Notes: generated by a model from the sequence alone, not told the origin. A stretch of DNA of 64,000 nucleotides from Chitinibacter sp. GC72 (GCF_009760905.1 NZ_VIRW01000004.1:39665-103664); one strand, 5' to 3'. Positions 48,738 to 60,548 are shown, counted from the first letter of the stretch. Made by a program: numbers and translations.

Positions 48738-48757
48738 TGCAATGTTATAATATTGCA
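48738..48757. promoter_or_regulatory. Zur-box-like palindrome TGCAATGTTATAATATTGCA
   Basis: Perfect 6-bp inverted arms around an AT core. Left half AATGTTATAATAT matches the proteobacterial Zur-box consensus. Lies between the Fur-family gene and cobW-like gene. Confidence 0.55.
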
Positions 48758-48787
48758 TTCAATTGTTTAGAAATGAGAAAAGTTGCT

Positions 48788-49861
48788 ATGGGGGCCGAAA
48801 AGCAGATTGACAGGCGGATACCAGTAGCCGTGCTGACGGGTTTTCTGGGGGCAGGAAAAACGACGCTCCTTAATCAGCTGCTAAAAGAGCCCGATTTTCA
48901 AGACACTGCAGTCATCATTAATGAGCTAGGAGAGATCGGTGTTGATCATCACTTGGTCAACGTCTTGGATGAACACACTTTTCTACTGGCAGCGGGCTGC
49001 ATTTGCTGCTCTGTGCAAGGCGAGCTGGTTGATACGCTCAAACAATTGTTCATGCGCGTCACCAACAAGGAAATCAAACCGTTCAAGCGCGTAATCATCG
49101 AAACCACCGGGCTCGCCGATCCGTCTCCGGTGCTGTATTCCTTGCGAAACGAGGGTTTTCTGGAAGATCGATATCGTTTTGATGGCACTTGCACTGTGGT
49201 TGATGCCAAGCTGGATTTAGACACCATCCAGCGCAGACCCGAAGCCGCGCAGCAAATCGCGCTGGCCGACTTGATCGTGCTGAGCAAAACCGATTTGGTG
49301 AGTGATGAGCGGCGCAGCCAAATCGAGGCCACGCTATCGACGATGAATGCTTCTGCCCAGCAGATCAGCAGCGATCAAGTGGCAAGCATTGCCCAGTTGT
49401 TTGGCCAGCTCAATCCCGTGCAAACCAACCAGCCCGCCAAAGCCACGCGTACTTGGCTCACCGGCCAAGCCAGGCCGCTTGGCCGTCTTAGACCGAGTTT
49501 GGCGTCGAATACGCGTCGAAGTTTAGGCGAGCAGCACCCCGGTGTTTCAACCTTCGTACTGCGCTTGAATGAATCACTCTCTCCACTGCGCTTTTTTACG
49601 TGTATGGAAGCGCTGCAGATTTTTTACGGCAAGCAAATTTTACGTTTCAAAGGCATTGTGCAATTTGAAGGTAAAGATCAATGGCAAGTGATTCAAGGGG
49701 TGCACGGTCAGCTTTATCCACTGGGGACCTTGGACAGCGTGATTGACCCCGAATGGCGCTCTTGCTTGGTGTTTATTGTTGACCGGCTCGATCACAAAGA
49801 AATTGAAGAGGACATCCAAAATATTCTTTTCAATCCGCAGCACCAAGCGGCCCCGGCATGA
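48788..49861 (+). CDS. COG0523 (CobW/ZigA/YeiR-type) G3E-family GTPase metallochaperone
   Basis: P-loop [23 protein letters not shown] metal motif, C-terminal CobW_C domain. Confidence 0.85.
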   Translation: MGAEKQIDRRIPVAVLTGFLGAGKTTLLNQLLKEPDFQDTAVIINELGEIGVDHHLVNVLDEHTFLLAAGCICCSVQGELVDTLKQLFMRVTNKEIKPFKRVIIETTGLADPSPVLYSLRNEGFLEDRYRFDGTCTVVDAKLDLDTIQRRPEAAQQIALADLIVLSKTDLVSDERRSQIEATLSTMNASAQQISSDQVASIAQLFGQLNPVQTNQPAKATRTWLTGQARPLGRLRPSLASNTRRSLGEQHPGVSTFVLRLNESLSPLRFFTCMEALQIFYGKQILRFKGIVQFEGKDQWQVIQGVHGQLYPLGTLDSVIDPEWRSCLVFIVDRLDHKEIEEDIQNILFNPQHQAAPA

Positions 49862-50136
49862 AAAAGCCACTCCAATTTCTGGCGATAAAGGCTTTACGTT
49901 TTTATCAAATCGCAATTAGCCCGCTGCTTGGGCCACGCTGCCGGTTTTATCCCAGTTGCTCAAGCTATGCGATTGAATCGATTGCGAAATATGGCTTCTT
50001 TGTCGGTGGCTATTTGAGTCTTCGCCGTTTGTTGCGCTGCCACCCCTTCAATCCCGGTGGCTACGACCCTGTGCCCTCTGATTTGTGCAAAGAGCGTGCG
50101 CCCTTCAATCGATATATCAGGAATAGAAAATCATGA
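49858..50136 (+). CDS. yidD: Membrane protein insertion efficiency factor YidD
   Basis: [28 protein letters not shown] is the canonical YidD motif. Confidence 0.8.
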   Translation: MKKPLQFLAIKALRFYQIAISPLLGPRCRFYPSCSSYAIESIAKYGFFVGGYLSLRRLLRCHPFNPGGYDPVPSDLCKERAPFNRYIRNRKS

Positions 50137-51470
50137 AACCCATCTTAATTCGCAATGCTCGTTTAGTGAATGAAGGGGTTGAATCCATGGTGGATATTCG
50201 TATCCTGAATGGCCGTATTCACCAAATTGCCAGTAGCTTGCAGGGGCGTCAGGGCGAGATTGATCTGGATGCGGATGGCTGCTTTGTGCTGCCGGGCATG
50301 ATCGATGATCAGGTGCATTTTCGTGATCCGGGCTTTCCAAATAAAGCGACGATGGCTTCTGAATCAAGGGCTGCGGTAGCAGGCGGCATTACCAGCTTTA
50401 TGGATATGCCCAACACCAATCCTCCTACCTTGACGCGAGCGGCGCTGGCCGAGAAAAAGTTGCGCGCAGCCGATAGCTCGCTGGCCAACTATGCGTTTCA
50501 CTTTGGCGTGAGTAAGGAAAACTTGGCGACAGTGGCGCAACTTGATCCGCGTGAAGTCTCTGGCGTTAAAGTGTTTATGGGCGCATCGACGGGCAATATG
50601 CTGGTGGATGATCCGGTGATTCTTGAAAACTTATTCGCTAATTGCCCGACTATTTTGCTGACCCATTGTGAATACACCCCGCGCATTCGTCAGCGCGAAA
50701 TCGCATGGGCCGCGCGCTTTGGTGACGATATTCCGGCAAATCAACATCCGCTAATTCGCGATGATGAAGCCTGCTATCAATCGTCGAGCTTAGCCGTGTC
50801 ATTGGCTAAGCGCTATGGTACACAGCTGCATGTATTGCACATTACCACGGCTAGAGAGTTAGCTTTATTTGAAAGCGGTCCATTAAGCGGTAAATCGATT
50901 ACGGCCGAAGTGTGCGCGCATCATTTATTGTTTGATGACCGTGATTACGCCCAATTAGGGCATTTGATCAAATGCAATCCCGCCATCAAAACCGCTGCCG
51001 ATAAGGCCGCGCTCCAAGCGGCATTGCTGAGCAATACGCTGGATATTATCGGCACCGATCATGCGCCGCATACGTGGCAGGAAAAGCAGCAGACCTATAT
51101 GAAAGCGCCGTCCGGCCTGCCGCTGGTTCAGCATGCGCTGCCCGCTTTGTTGGAGTTGGTGAATGATGGCGTCATGCCTATCACCACGCTGGTGAGCAAA
51201 ACCAGCCACGCCGTGGCAGAGCGCTTTGCAATCGAGCAACGCGGCTATGTACGTGAGGGCTACTGGGCTGATCTGACCATCGTGAAGCGGCACGCAACGC
51301 CACAAGCAGTGGCCAGTGCCCCGATTCTGGCGCAGTGTGGCTGGACGCCGTTTCAGCACTATGCCTTTCATCACACCATTGAAACCACCATCGTGTCTGG
51401 TCAGATCGCGTGGCATCACGGTGAAATCAATTCGCACTGCCAAGGTCTTCCGCTGCGCTTCAATCGCTAA
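50133..51470 (+). CDS. Dihydroorotase-like cyclic amidohydrolase (second PyrC-type paralog)
   Basis: [15 protein letters not shown] (HxH metal site), 445 aa, multimeric-DHOase/allantoinase-like. A distinct type-II pyrC lies at 14144..15193. Confidence 0.7.
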   Translation: MKPILIRNARLVNEGVESMVDIRILNGRIHQIASSLQGRQGEIDLDADGCFVLPGMIDDQVHFRDPGFPNKATMASESRAAVAGGITSFMDMPNTNPPTLTRAALAEKKLRAADSSLANYAFHFGVSKENLATVAQLDPREVSGVKVFMGASTGNMLVDDPVILENLFANCPTILLTHCEYTPRIRQREIAWAARFGDDIPANQHPLIRDDEACYQSSSLAVSLAKRYGTQLHVLHITTARELALFESGPLSGKSITAEVCAHHLLFDDRDYAQLGHLIKCNPAIKTAADKAALQAALLSNTLDIIGTDHAPHTWQEKQQTYMKAPSGLPLVQHALPALLELVNDGVMPITTLVSKTSHAVAERFAIEQRGYVREGYWADLTIVKRHATPQAVASAPILAQCGWTPFQHYAFHHTIETTIVSGQIAWHHGEINSHCQGLPLRFNR

Positions 51471-51513
51471 GCGGCTTTCTCATTCATCACCGAACCTCGA
51501 ACGCCTTATTTAT

Positions 51514-53448
51514 ATGCCACAAATCACTTTACCCGACGGTCGCCAGATTCAATACGCGGCGCCAATCACTGCCCATCAAGTTGCCTTGGATATCAGTCTG
51601 GGCCTTGCCAAAGCCACGCTTGCCGCACAGGTCAATGGGGTTTTGGTTGATAGCCAGACTGGCATTGAGTCGGATGCTTCAGTGCGGCTGATTACTACCA
51701 AAGATCCTGAAGGCCTTGATATCCTGCGCCACTCTTGTGCGCATCTGCTGGCCATGGCGGTGAAATCTCTGCACCCGACCGCACAGGCCACTATCGGTCC
51801 GGTGATCGATGACGGGTATTATTATGACTTTGCGTTTGAGCGTAGTTTCACGCCCGACGATCTGCTTGAGATCGAACAGCGTATGCGCGAATTGGCCGCG
51901 GCCAATTTACCTATCCAGCGCCGCACCTTGGCGCGCGATCAGGCGATAGAGTTGTTTCTCGCCAAGGGTGAGCACTATAAAGCTCAATTGATCCAAGACA
52001 TTCCAGCTGATGAAGTCTTGTCACTGTACCAACAAGGCGAATTTGAAGACTTGTGTCGCGGGCCGCATCTGCCTCGCACCGGCTTGATTGAGCATTTCAA
52101 ACTAATGCGGGTGGCCGGGGCGTATTGGCGTGGTGATGCAAAAAACGCCATGCTGCAACGCATTTACGGCACTTGCTGGGCTGATCAAAAATCGCTCAAA
52201 GCGCATTTACACCGGCTAGAAGAAGCCGCGAAACGCGATCATCGCAAGCTGGGCACCCAGCTTGATTTATTCCATTTTGACGAATGTGCGCCCGGCGCGG
52301 TGTTTTGGCACCCGAAGGGCTGGACGCTCTTTCAACAGCTGATTAGCTTTATGCGCCAGCAGCAAAATGACGCCGGCTATGTCGAGGTCAATACGCCCGA
52401 TGTAATGGATCGCGGATTGTGGGAGCTATCTGGTCACTGGATGAATTATCGTGATCATATGTTCACCACCACGACGGAAGACGAGCGCATTTTCGCCTTA
52501 AAACCGATGAATTGCCCAGGGGCGGTGGCCTTGTATGCGCGCGGGATTCGTAGCTACCGCGAGCTACCTTTGCGCATGGCCGAGTTTGGCAAAGTGCACC
52601 GCTATGAGCCTTCAGGCGCTTTGCATGGGTTGATGCGGGTGCGGCATTTTACGCAAGACGATGCGCATATTTTTTGTACCCAAGCGCAGATGCAGCAAGA
52701 GTGCGCCCAAACCATCCAGCTGATTTTCAATATTTATCGCCAATTTGGCTTTACCGAGATCAAAGTCAAGCTCTCGACTCGGCCTGAAAACCGGATCGGC
52801 AGTGATGAAAATTGGGATGTACTCGAAGGCGCGCTGCATGGGGCTCTAGCGAGCCAGAATATTGCATATCAGATCAACCCCGGCGAAGGCGCTTTCTACG
52901 GCCCGAAACTGGAGTTTGTGCTGTGCGATGCGATTGGCCGTCATTGGCAATGCGGTACGCTGCAGGTGGATCTGAATCTGCCCGAACGTTTTGATATCAG
53001 CTTTATTAATGAGCATAACGAGCGGGAACGCCCGGTGATGTTACACCGTGCTTTATTTGGCTCGCTGGAGCGCTTTATTGGTATTTTGATCGAGCACTAC
53101 AGTGGCATCCTACCGCTGTGGCTGGCGCCAGTGCAAATTGTGGTGCTCAGCATTAGCGAAGCACAGGCCGAATACGCCAAAACGGTTTTCCGATTATTAA
53201 AACAAGCCGGCTTTAGGGCAAAACTGGATGTTCGTAACGAGAAAATCGGCGTTAAGATCCGTGAGCATACCTTGCAAAAAGTGCCTTATCTCGTCGTGCT
53301 TGGCGAGCGGGAAATGGCCGAATCGCAACTGACACTGCGCAGCCAAGCGGGTGAAAATCTGGGCAGCTTTAGCCATGCCGAGGCGATTGAGCAACTTCGC
53401 AGCCTGAGCAAAATCGTCCCCATCGACGCGGAGGTACTTGGCGGATGA
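51514..53448 (+). CDS. thrS: Threonine--tRNA ligase
   Basis: TGS domain, class II motifs, Zn-site RHSCAHLLA...H...H. 644 aa from [14 protein letters not shown]. Not followed by infC-rpmI-rplT. Confidence 0.9.
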   Translation: MPQITLPDGRQIQYAAPITAHQVALDISLGLAKATLAAQVNGVLVDSQTGIESDASVRLITTKDPEGLDILRHSCAHLLAMAVKSLHPTAQATIGPVIDDGYYYDFAFERSFTPDDLLEIEQRMRELAAANLPIQRRTLARDQAIELFLAKGEHYKAQLIQDIPADEVLSLYQQGEFEDLCRGPHLPRTGLIEHFKLMRVAGAYWRGDAKNAMLQRIYGTCWADQKSLKAHLHRLEEAAKRDHRKLGTQLDLFHFDECAPGAVFWHPKGWTLFQQLISFMRQQQNDAGYVEVNTPDVMDRGLWELSGHWMNYRDHMFTTTTEDERIFALKPMNCPGAVALYARGIRSYRELPLRMAEFGKVHRYEPSGALHGLMRVRHFTQDDAHIFCTQAQMQQECAQTIQLIFNIYRQFGFTEIKVKLSTRPENRIGSDENWDVLEGALHGALASQNIAYQINPGEGAFYGPKLEFVLCDAIGRHWQCGTLQVDLNLPERFDISFINEHNERERPVMLHRALFGSLERFIGILIEHYSGILPLWLAPVQIVVLSISEAQAEYAKTVFRLLKQAGFRAKLDVRNEKIGVKIREHTLQKVPYLVVLGEREMAESQLTLRSQAGENLGSFSHAEAIEQLRSLSKIVPIDAEVLGG

Positions 53449-53855
53449 GCATCTGGCTAAATCTAGAACAAGCCCAGCTGGGCGAGAGCCAGCCATTACA
53501 CGAAGTGATTGCGGCCATCCCGTGGAATCAGGATGGACTCATCGCCGCCATTGCCCAGCAACACGATAGCGGCGAAGTGCTGATGCTGGCGTGGATGAAT
53601 CAGCAGGCCTTGCTCGAAACCTTGGCCACCGGCCGCGTCTGCTATTGGTCGCGCTCACGTCAGCAACTCTGGCGTAAAGGCGAAAGTAGCGGCCACACGC
53701 AATATCTGGTGAAGGCCCGTCTTGATTGCGATGGCGATGCCATTTTGCTGCAAGTCAGGCAAGACGGCCCCGCTTGCCATACCTTGAGGTCCAATTGTTT
53801 TTATAACGAGATCGCTGCGGATCAGGTCGTCGTCATCAGTCGTCCTCAGGACTAA
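53445..53855 (+). CDS. Phosphoribosyl-AMP cyclohydrolase (HisI-like paralog)
   Basis: [52 protein letters not shown]...CDGD matches HisI. Overlaps the thrS stop. Confidence 0.75.
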   Translation: MSIWLNLEQAQLGESQPLHEVIAAIPWNQDGLIAAIAQQHDSGEVLMLAWMNQQALLETLATGRVCYWSRSRQQLWRKGESSGHTQYLVKARLDCDGDAILLQVRQDGPACHTLRSNCFYNEIAADQVVVISRPQD

Positions 53856-53865
53856 AACGTCTATT

Positions 53866-54693
53866 TTGCATACTCCCTCTGGAATCGCTATGAATCCCTT
53901 ATCTTGCCCGCCACAAGCACTGGTTGATGTTCAGTCATCACACGATCAGCGCAATATCGCCATTCAGAAAGTCGGCGTGAAGTCAGTACGCCATCCGATC
54001 GTTTTCAGCGACAGCGATGGTATCGCGCAGCCAACGATTGGCGACTTCTCGCTGTATGTGCATTTGCCAGCGCACTATAAAGGCACGCATATGTCACGTT
54101 TTTTGGCCTTGCTCAATGATGGCGAAGTGGATTTATCGTTGTCGCGCTTTCCTGCTTTGCTGCAGCAAATGCGGGATAAGCTCGAAGCGAGTCATGGCTA
54201 TATCGAGGTGAGCTTTCCATATTTTCGCCGCAAAATTGCGCCAGTATCGGGTGTTTCCAGCTTGCTCGATTATCAGGTGAAACTGATTGGCGAGGTTGAT
54301 GAGCATGGGGTATCACTCTGTGTTCAAGTGATAGTGCCAGTTACTAGCCTATGCCCCTGCTCAAAGAAAATCTCGAATTACGGCGCGCACAATCAGCGTA
54401 GCCATGTCACCCTCACGGTACGCCCGCATGCGGGCACGCAGATCAGCCTGAATCAGCTGATTGACATTGCCGAGCGTGAAGCCTCGTGCGAGCTATATGG
54501 CCTGCTCAAACGCCCTGATGAAAAATATGTCACCGAGCGCGCCTACGAAAACCCGAAATTTGTCGAAGATCTGGTGCGAGATCTAGTAGCCAGCTTGCAA
54601 TCAGACCCGCGCATCGCCTCATACACCGTCGAAGCTGAAAATTTTGAATCGATACATAATCATTCGGCCTACGCCCAGATTAGTAGCTTGTGA
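53866..54693 (+). CDS. folE2: GTP cyclohydrolase FolE2 (zinc-independent GCYH-IB)
   Basis: Full-length FolE2/MptA-like protein (LPDVQ-region, CPCSK motif). Confidence 0.8.
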   Translation: MHTPSGIAMNPLSCPPQALVDVQSSHDQRNIAIQKVGVKSVRHPIVFSDSDGIAQPTIGDFSLYVHLPAHYKGTHMSRFLALLNDGEVDLSLSRFPALLQQMRDKLEASHGYIEVSFPYFRRKIAPVSGVSSLLDYQVKLIGEVDEHGVSLCVQVIVPVTSLCPCSKKISNYGAHNQRSHVTLTVRPHAGTQISLNQLIDIAEREASCELYGLLKRPDEKYVTERAYENPKFVEDLVRDLVASLQSDPRIASYTVEAENFESIHNHSAYAQISSL

Positions 54694-54752
54694 GCGATGA
54701 GATTTGGCGTCGGATTACACTGGTGACTGGGAGCTCGCACGCTCTGGCAAGC

Positions 54753-55664
54753 TTAATGCGGGCTAGTGCCGAGCTTCTCGGCTAAAACGTCGAGCAAAGC
54801 GCGAACCGCTGGGGCTAGGCCGCGCTGGCTGACATACACCGCCTGCACATGGCTGAGTGGGAACTGCCACTCGGGGAGGACTTCCGCCAGATCGCCGTTT
54901 TCCAAGTCGGCACTCACATAATCACTCGGCAGCATGGTGACGCCCAGGCCCGCGATTGCCGCTTGGCGGCGTAGGCCAAAATGCTCGGTGACCAGTCGGG
55001 GCGGTAACACAAATTCGCGGCTTTCTGCTGCGGCGTTGACCAGTCGCCAATGGATATTCTGGTCAGCACTCACCATGCCGAGAGCGGGTGCCATCGTGAG
55101 TGCACCGGGGGTGGTAATGCCGCCGTATTGCGCAATCAAGCGCGGGCTGGCGACCAGCATTGCGCGCGTTGAGCGCAGTCGCCGCGTGGCCCATTGCGGG
55201 TCTTCATCATCGGTGGCGCGCACGCGCAATGCGACATCGATGCCCTCTTCCAGTAAATCGACCCGTCTAGTGGTCGAAATAATTTCCAGCACCACCTTGG
55301 GGTGATCGACGATAAATTGGTGCAAGATGTCCGCCAGACTATCCATCATCGCCGGCGGTACGCTAAGGCGCACCCGCCCAGCTGGCTCGGCGCGCAGGCT
55401 GGCGACCACGCATTCGGCGGCTTCGGCTTCGCGCAGCACGGCCTGGCAGTGCCCCAGAAATTTTTGCCCCACATCGGTCAATGTCAGTTTTCGGGTGCTG
55501 CGTTGCAGTAGTCGCACGCCCAGACGCTCCTCAAGAGCGGCAATCCGGCGCGATAACCGCGATTTGGGTATCCCTAATTGCCGTGCCGCTGCGGAAAAGC
55601 CGCCAAATTCGATCACGCGGGCGAAATACACATAATCGTTAAAATCTGCGCCGATTGGTGTCAT
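54753..55664 (-). CDS. LysR-family transcriptional regulator
   Basis: wHTH YFARVIEFGGFSAAARQLGIPKSRLSRRIAALEERLG. Divergent from azoR. Confidence 0.8.
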   Translation of the reverse strand: MTPIGADFNDYVYFARVIEFGGFSAAARQLGIPKSRLSRRIAALEERLGVRLLQRSTRKLTLTDVGQKFLGHCQAVLREAEAAECVVASLRAEPAGRVRLSVPPAMMDSLADILHQFIVDHPKVVLEIISTTRRVDLLEEGIDVALRVRATDDEDPQWATRRLRSTRAMLVASPRLIAQYGGITTPGALTMAPALGMVSADQNIHWRLVNAAAESREFVLPPRLVTEHFGLRRQAAIAGLGVTMLPSDYVSADLENGDLAEVLPEWQFPLSHVQAVYVSQRGLAPAVRALLDVLAEKLGTSPH

Positions 55665-55762
55665 CAGTAGAACAATCCTTCCCAATTTTGCTATCTAGTG
55701 GCTATTTTGCGCCAAATATAAGATGCCTACATCAAAACTATTTAGCCACAAAGGATTGCACC

Positions 55763-56365
55763 ATGAACTTGCTCCAGATTGATTCCAGCATTTTGGGTGA
55801 TCACTCAGTATCACGCCAACTGACCAAAGAAGTGGTTGAAAGTATCCGCTTGGCCGAGCCAGCGGTGAATATCACTTACCGCGATGTGACCAGCGCGGCG
55901 ACTTTGCATCTGGATGGCCCTTTGCTCGCCGCCAAAGGGATGCCCGAGCAACAGCGCAACGCACAACAAGCGCATCAGGTTAGCATTGCCGAGGCGGTGA
56001 TGGCCGAGTTTCTGGCGGCCGATGTGTTAGTGATTGGCGCGCCAATGTACAACTTCTCGATCCCGAGCCAGCTCAAAGCATGGATCGATATGATCACCGT
56101 GGCGGGCGTGACATTCAAATATGGCGCGAATGGCCCCGAAGGTCTGGCGGGTGGTAAACGCGCGGTGATTGTGGCCACCGCGGGCGGCCAACATGCCGGC
56201 ACGCCGACTGGCATTGCGCATATTGATTACCTGCGTGTATTGCTGGGCTTTTTGGGGATTAGCGACGTTCGCGTCATCGCGGCCGAAGGCTTGGCGATGG
56301 GGCCCGAGGTGCGTGATCCTGCGCTGGCCGCGGCCCGTGCAAAATTGAGCTCAATTGCAGCTTAA
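55763..56365 (+). CDS. azoR: FMN-dependent NADH-azoreductase
   Basis: MNLLQIDSSILGDHSVSRQLT...PMYNFSIPSQLKAWID matches AzoR. Confidence 0.85.
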   Translation: MNLLQIDSSILGDHSVSRQLTKEVVESIRLAEPAVNITYRDVTSAATLHLDGPLLAAKGMPEQQRNAQQAHQVSIAEAVMAEFLAADVLVIGAPMYNFSIPSQLKAWIDMITVAGVTFKYGANGPEGLAGGKRAVIVATAGGQHAGTPTGIAHIDYLRVLLGFLGISDVRVIAAEGLAMGPEVRDPALAAARAKLSSIAA

Positions 56366-56406
56366 ATAAGATAAAAGTAGTTTAAAGCTAATATATTCAA
56401 TTAAAA

Positions 56407-56440
56407 ACGGCCAATTTCATGCTTGAATTGGCCGTTTTTT
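56407..56440 (+). terminator. Rho-independent terminator after azoR
   Basis: cggccaatt-N-aattggccg stem followed by tttttt. Confidence 0.65.
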
Positions 56441-56450
56441 ACGCCTATAT

Positions 56451-56480
56451 TTGCAACATAGTTGCGCAACTATGTTGCAA
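56451..56480. promoter_or_regulatory. Perfect 30-bp palindrome TTGCAACATAGTTGC|GCAACTATGTTGCAA upstream of second COG0523 gene
   Basis: 15+15 perfect inverted repeat 38 nt before the 56518 start. Shares TGCAA...TTGCA arms with the 48738 palindrome. Confidence 0.55.
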
Positions 56481-56517
56481 TTGTCTATGCTAATGGCTTT
56501 TTGGGCGGAGCCGTAGC

Positions 56518-57726
56518 ATGAAAAAACTACCTGTCACCGTTTTATCCGGCTTTTTGGGCGCAGGTAAAACCACTTTGATGAATCACGTGCTGAAAAACCG
56601 CGCTGGCCTGCGCGTGGCGGTGATTGTGAATGATCTATCAGACGTCAATATCGACGGTGAGCTCATTCATCAGGGCGGCTTTGCGCGCGGCGAAGAGCGC
56701 CTCGTCGAAATGAGCAATGGCTGTATTTGCTGCACGCTGCGCGAAGATTTACTCGAAGAAGTCGCGCGTTTGGCCAAAGAAGATCGCTTTGATTATTTGC
56801 TGATCGAATCAACCGGCATTGCCGAGCCTTTACCAGTCGCCGAGACATTTACTTTCCGTGACGAGCAAGGCCAATCGCTATCCGATCTGGCACAGCTCGA
56901 TACGATGGTGACGGTGGTGGATGCATTTAACTTTTTGCGCGACTATGCTGGCGGCGATTTACTGGCCGAGCGCGGCGAAACGGCCGGCGAAGGCGACGAT
57001 CGCACCGTGGTGGACTTGCTGATCGAGCAAGTCGAATTTTGCGATGTGCTGGTGATTAGCAAGCCCGATCTGGTTAGCGCCGAGCAGCTGGAACAATTGC
57101 AGGGAATTTTATCTGCGCTCAACCCACGCGCAGTGCAATTGATCGCCGAAAACGGCGAGGTGCCACTGAATGCGATTTTGGGAACCGGCCGCTTTGATTT
57201 TGATGAGGCCGCTAACGCGCCGGGCTGGCTGGCCGAATTGCGCGGTGATCATGTGCCGGAAACCGAGGAATATGGCATTAGTAGCTTCGTCTGGAATGCG
57301 CGCCGCCCGCTGCACCCACAGCGTTTCTGGGATTTGATCCACAGCGAATGGGATGGCGTGTTGCGCTCAAAAGGTTTCTTCTGGCTAGCCAGCCGCCCGA
57401 GTTTTGCCGGTAGCTGGTCACAAGCCGGTGGTGCGTGTCGCCATGGTGCAGGCGGCTACTGGTGGGCCAGCGTGCCGAAAGAGCATTGGCCGCAAGACGA
57501 TGATTCGCTCGACGCAATTGCCGATGGTTGGGATGATAATTTTGGCGACCGTAAACAGCAAATCGTATTTATTGGCATAGAGATGGACGAAGATCTGCTC
57601 AAATCACGACTGAATGCCTGCCTGCTGACCGATGCCGAATTGGCCAGCAAAGATTGGAGCAACTACCCCGATCCATTCCCGGCATGGGGTGTCGCCGCCG
57701 ATGAGCCAGAGGCCGTACCGGCGTAA
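56518..57726 (+). CDS. COG0523 G3E-family GTPase metallochaperone (second copy)
   Basis: [18 protein letters not shown]-loop, GCICCT motif, acidic His/Asp-rich C-terminal region. Confidence 0.85.
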   Translation: MKKLPVTVLSGFLGAGKTTLMNHVLKNRAGLRVAVIVNDLSDVNIDGELIHQGGFARGEERLVEMSNGCICCTLREDLLEEVARLAKEDRFDYLLIESTGIAEPLPVAETFTFRDEQGQSLSDLAQLDTMVTVVDAFNFLRDYAGGDLLAERGETAGEGDDRTVVDLLIEQVEFCDVLVISKPDLVSAEQLEQLQGILSALNPRAVQLIAENGEVPLNAILGTGRFDFDEAANAPGWLAELRGDHVPETEEYGISSFVWNARRPLHPQRFWDLIHSEWDGVLRSKGFFWLASRPSFAGSWSQAGGACRHGAGGYWWASVPKEHWPQDDDSLDAIADGWDDNFGDRKQQIVFIGIEMDEDLLKSRLNACLLTDAELASKDWSNYPDPFPAWGVAADEPEAVPA

Positions 57727-57751
57727 ATCAGCGCCGTGTCGCAGGGCTTAG

Positions 57752-58435
57752 CTATTCGGGTAAGCACTGCGCCGGTAGATCGGCAATCGCATTCATGACG
57801 CTGGCGGCGGTGAATTTGAAACGGCTCCAGATCGGCAGCCCGGCGCGGGCTAGCCGCTGGGCCGTCCAGCTATTGCAGGTGTTCAGCAGGTAATAGTTGC
57901 CGACGGCCGCAAAGAATTCGCTGTCGCCATACAGCCCGGAGCCTAGTGGCTGCACGTCTTGCTGTGCGTTCAGCGCCAGACTCTCGCTAATTGCTGCGTT
58001 AAGCTGCTCCAGTTGGGTATTGCTTAGGCATAAAGCCTTGATATGCTCTTTAGCTATATACTTGGCTGGGGTATTGCCAAGCCCGACAATATGCATAATC
58101 GAACCGGAGAGGCCAAACATGGCCTTGAACGTGATTTTGGTGGTGATTTCCTTGGCCTGATAAAACCCCTTATCCCCCCAGCCGATTTCAAAATGACTGG
58201 CCGCAGCAAAGCGTTTTTGCAGCGCAGGAAAGCGCTCTTTAAATGGCGCTGCTGGCACGATCAGGCCGGTATGCCAGCCATTATTGACCACATACACGGT
58301 CTGCTGATTCGGTGCTGTTTCTGCGTGCGCCAGAGGTGTCAGTGCGCACAGGAGTGTATACAGAGCCAGCGCAGCGATGAGCTGGCCGATCTGCCTGATG
58401 TGTTGGGGTAAGTCGCGTTTGAATTGGGTCAACAT
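57752..58435 (-). CDS. DUF2459-family secreted hypothetical protein
   Basis: Signal/TM segment, then YVVNNGWHTGLIVP motif. Probable start MLTQFKRDL (ORF track extends to 58537). Confidence 0.5.
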   Translation of the reverse strand: MLTQFKRDLPQHIRQIGQLIAALALYTLLCALTPLAHAETAPNQQTVYVVNNGWHTGLIVPAAPFKERFPALQKRFAAASHFEIGWGDKGFYQAKEITTKITFKAMFGLSGSIMHIVGLGNTPAKYIAKEHIKALCLSNTQLEQLNAAISESLALNAQQDVQPLGSGLYGDSEFFAAVGNYYLLNTCNSWTAQRLARAGLPIWSRFKFTAASVMNAIADLPAQCLPE

Positions 58436-58627
58436 AGGTACTCCACACTGGAAGTCCGCAGCATAGATGCGGGAAAAAGCAGTGTCCATGCAGGCGATGT
58501 TACGGTGGGTGCCTGCGTGTTGAGCGCAAGTACACATAGAGGAGCTCGGCGGATTTTTCGGTAAAAAGGCTGCCTAATTGGGGTAGGCAAGCTAAGTTAA
58601 AACATTGCCTCTAGCCTGACATTCGCC

Positions 58628-59269
58628 ATGACTTTGCCCGCCCCAACCTGGCTGCATATCGAAGAGCCAACGCTGCGCCGCCTGCACGAACCGATGTATG
58701 GCAATCTGCAGCCCCACCATCTGGGCAAGCTGGCGCACTCGATTGTGGCTGGCGAAGTGGCCGTGCATCACCATTGCCCGATTAAAACCACGCTGGGCTC
58801 CTGCATTGCGGTGTGCCTGTTTGATCCGCACAGCAGGCTGATCGGCATGAATCATTTCATGGTGCCGCTGCGTCATAGCAAGGATGATCTGGACGGCTAC
58901 TTTTCCGGCATGGCGTCGATGGAAGTACTGGTCAACGCGATGATGAAGGCGGGCGCGCTCAAGCATCATTTGCTGGCCAAAGCGTTTGGCGGCGGCGACG
59001 TGCTGGATATGAACCAGCGCCCGACTGTGGGTCAGGCCAATATCGAATTTACCGAAACCTGGTTGCGCAACGAAAAAATACCCTTGGTCGCCAGCGATCT
59101 GGGTGGGAAATGGGCGCGGCAGGTGATTTTTGAGCCATCGACCGGCGATGTATTTTGCCGCCGCTTTAGCGCGCACGCCGCCCGCAGCCGCGAGCTGGGC
59201 AAGGCCGAGCTGCAATACGCCGCACAATTGCAGCTGTCGCAGCGCGTGACCAAGATTGATTACTTCTAG
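58628..59269 (+). CDS. Chemoreceptor glutamine deamidase CheD-like protein
   Basis: TTLGSCIAVCLFDP...GMNHFMVP matches the CheD catalytic Cys region. The antisense 58592..59401 ORF is judged spurious. Confidence 0.6.
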   Translation: MTLPAPTWLHIEEPTLRRLHEPMYGNLQPHHLGKLAHSIVAGEVAVHHHCPIKTTLGSCIAVCLFDPHSRLIGMNHFMVPLRHSKDDLDGYFSGMASMEVLVNAMMKAGALKHHLLAKAFGGGDVLDMNQRPTVGQANIEFTETWLRNEKIPLVASDLGGKWARQVIFEPSTGDVFCRRFSAHAARSRELGKAELQYAAQLQLSQRVTKIDYF

Positions 59270-59483
59270 CTTGGCTTGGCGTAAGGGTATTGCCTTGTAG
59301 ATCAATATATTACTGGTCTGCAAGGCAATACATGCCAGGTGTATCTGCGGGGTAGGCGCAAAAAAACCGGAGCCAGTGCAATGCCTGATAGCGCATTGCA
59401 CCCAGTTCCGGTGTTTTTTCTGCCTAGGCGGGCTGAGCTGCTTAGGGCGGCTCAGTTTGGCTAGGTTGATTGCTTGGACGAGT

Positions 59484-60548
59484 TTAAAGCTTACTTAGTG
59501 CGCGGCGTGTAGCCACGGCGTTGGCCAGATCCGACAGCAGTTTTTCGGTGTCATCCCAGCCGATGCACGCGTCGGTAATCGATTGGCCGTAGCACAATTC
59601 TTTACCCGCGCCATCGTCCTGACGGCCTTCAACCAGATGGCTTTCCACCATCACGCCAAAGATCGCGTCGTTGCCGCTGGATACTTGGGCACAGGTATCA
59701 GCGCACACTTCCATCTGGCGACGGTAGTCTTTGCGGCTATTGGCGTGGCTGAAGTCGATCATGATTTTCTTGGCCAGACCGGCTGCGGCCAGATCAGCCG
59801 ATGCTGCACGGACATGCGTTTCGTCGTAGTTCGGCTCTTTACCGCCGCGCAGAATCACGTGGCAATCCGGATTGCCGCCAGTGGCCACAATCGCCGAGTG
59901 GCCGTATTTGGTCACTGACAGGAAGTGGTGTGGCTGACCGGCGGATTTGATCGCATCGAAAGCGATTTTCAGATTGCCGTCGGTGCCATTTTTAAAGCCC
60001 ACCGGGCAAGATAGGCCTGAAGCCAGCTCGCGGTGAACTTGTGATTCGGTGGTGCGGGCGCCAATCGCACCCCAGCTCATCAGATCGGCCACATATTGCG
60101 GCGTGATCATGTCGAGGAATTCGCCTGCCGTTGGCATGCCGGTGTTGTTCAGGTCAACCAGCAATTTACGCGCAATGCGCAGGCCTTCGTTGATATTGAA
60201 GCTGCCATTGAGGAACGGATCGTTGATCAGGCCTTTCCAGCCGACGGTGGTACGCGGTTTTTCAAAGTAAACGCGCATCACGATTTCCAGCTGGCCTTTG
60301 TATTGCTCGCGCAATTTAAGCAGGCGCTGGCCGTATTCAAGCGCAGATTTCGGGTCGTGAATCGAACAGGGGCCAATGATAACCAGCAGGCGGTCGTCAT
60401 TACCGGTCAGCATTTGATGAATCGCCTGGCGCGTTTCAAATACCGAGGTCGACGCGGTTTCATTCACTGGATATTTTTCGATTACTGCCACGGGCGGGAG
60501 TAACTCTTTGATTTCGCGGATGCGGACGTCGTCGGTTTGGTAATGCAT
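59484..60548 (-). CDS. aroG: 3-deoxy-7-phosphoheptulonate synthase (class I-alpha DAHP synthase)
   Basis: LLVIIGPCSIHD, KPRTTVGWKGL and IGARTTESQ motifs. 354 aa. Confidence 0.9.
   Translation of the reverse strand: MHYQTDDVRIREIKELLPPVAVIEKYPVNETASTSVFETRQAIHQMLTGNDDRLLVIIGPCSIHDPKSALEYGQRLLKLREQYKGQLEIVMRVYFEKPRTTVGWKGLINDPFLNGSFNINEGLRIARKLLVDLNNTGMPTAGEFLDMITPQYVADLMSWGAIGARTTESQVHRELASGLSCPVGFKNGTDGNLKIAFDAIKSAGQPHHFLSVTKYGHSAIVATGGNPDCHVILRGGKEPNYDETHVRAASADLAAAGLAKKIMIDFSHANSRKDYRRQMEVCADTCAQVSSGNDAIFGVMVESHLVEGRQDDGAGKELCYGQSITDACIGWDDTEKLLSDLANAVATRRALSKL

Noticed and set aside
58592-59401. 269-aa minus-strand ORF covering the whole CheD-like gene
   Set aside because: It is antisense to a CDS with a clear conserved catalytic motif. 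High-GC DNA generates long spurious antisense ORFs. No motifs, and composition is Arg/Ala/Gln-rich.
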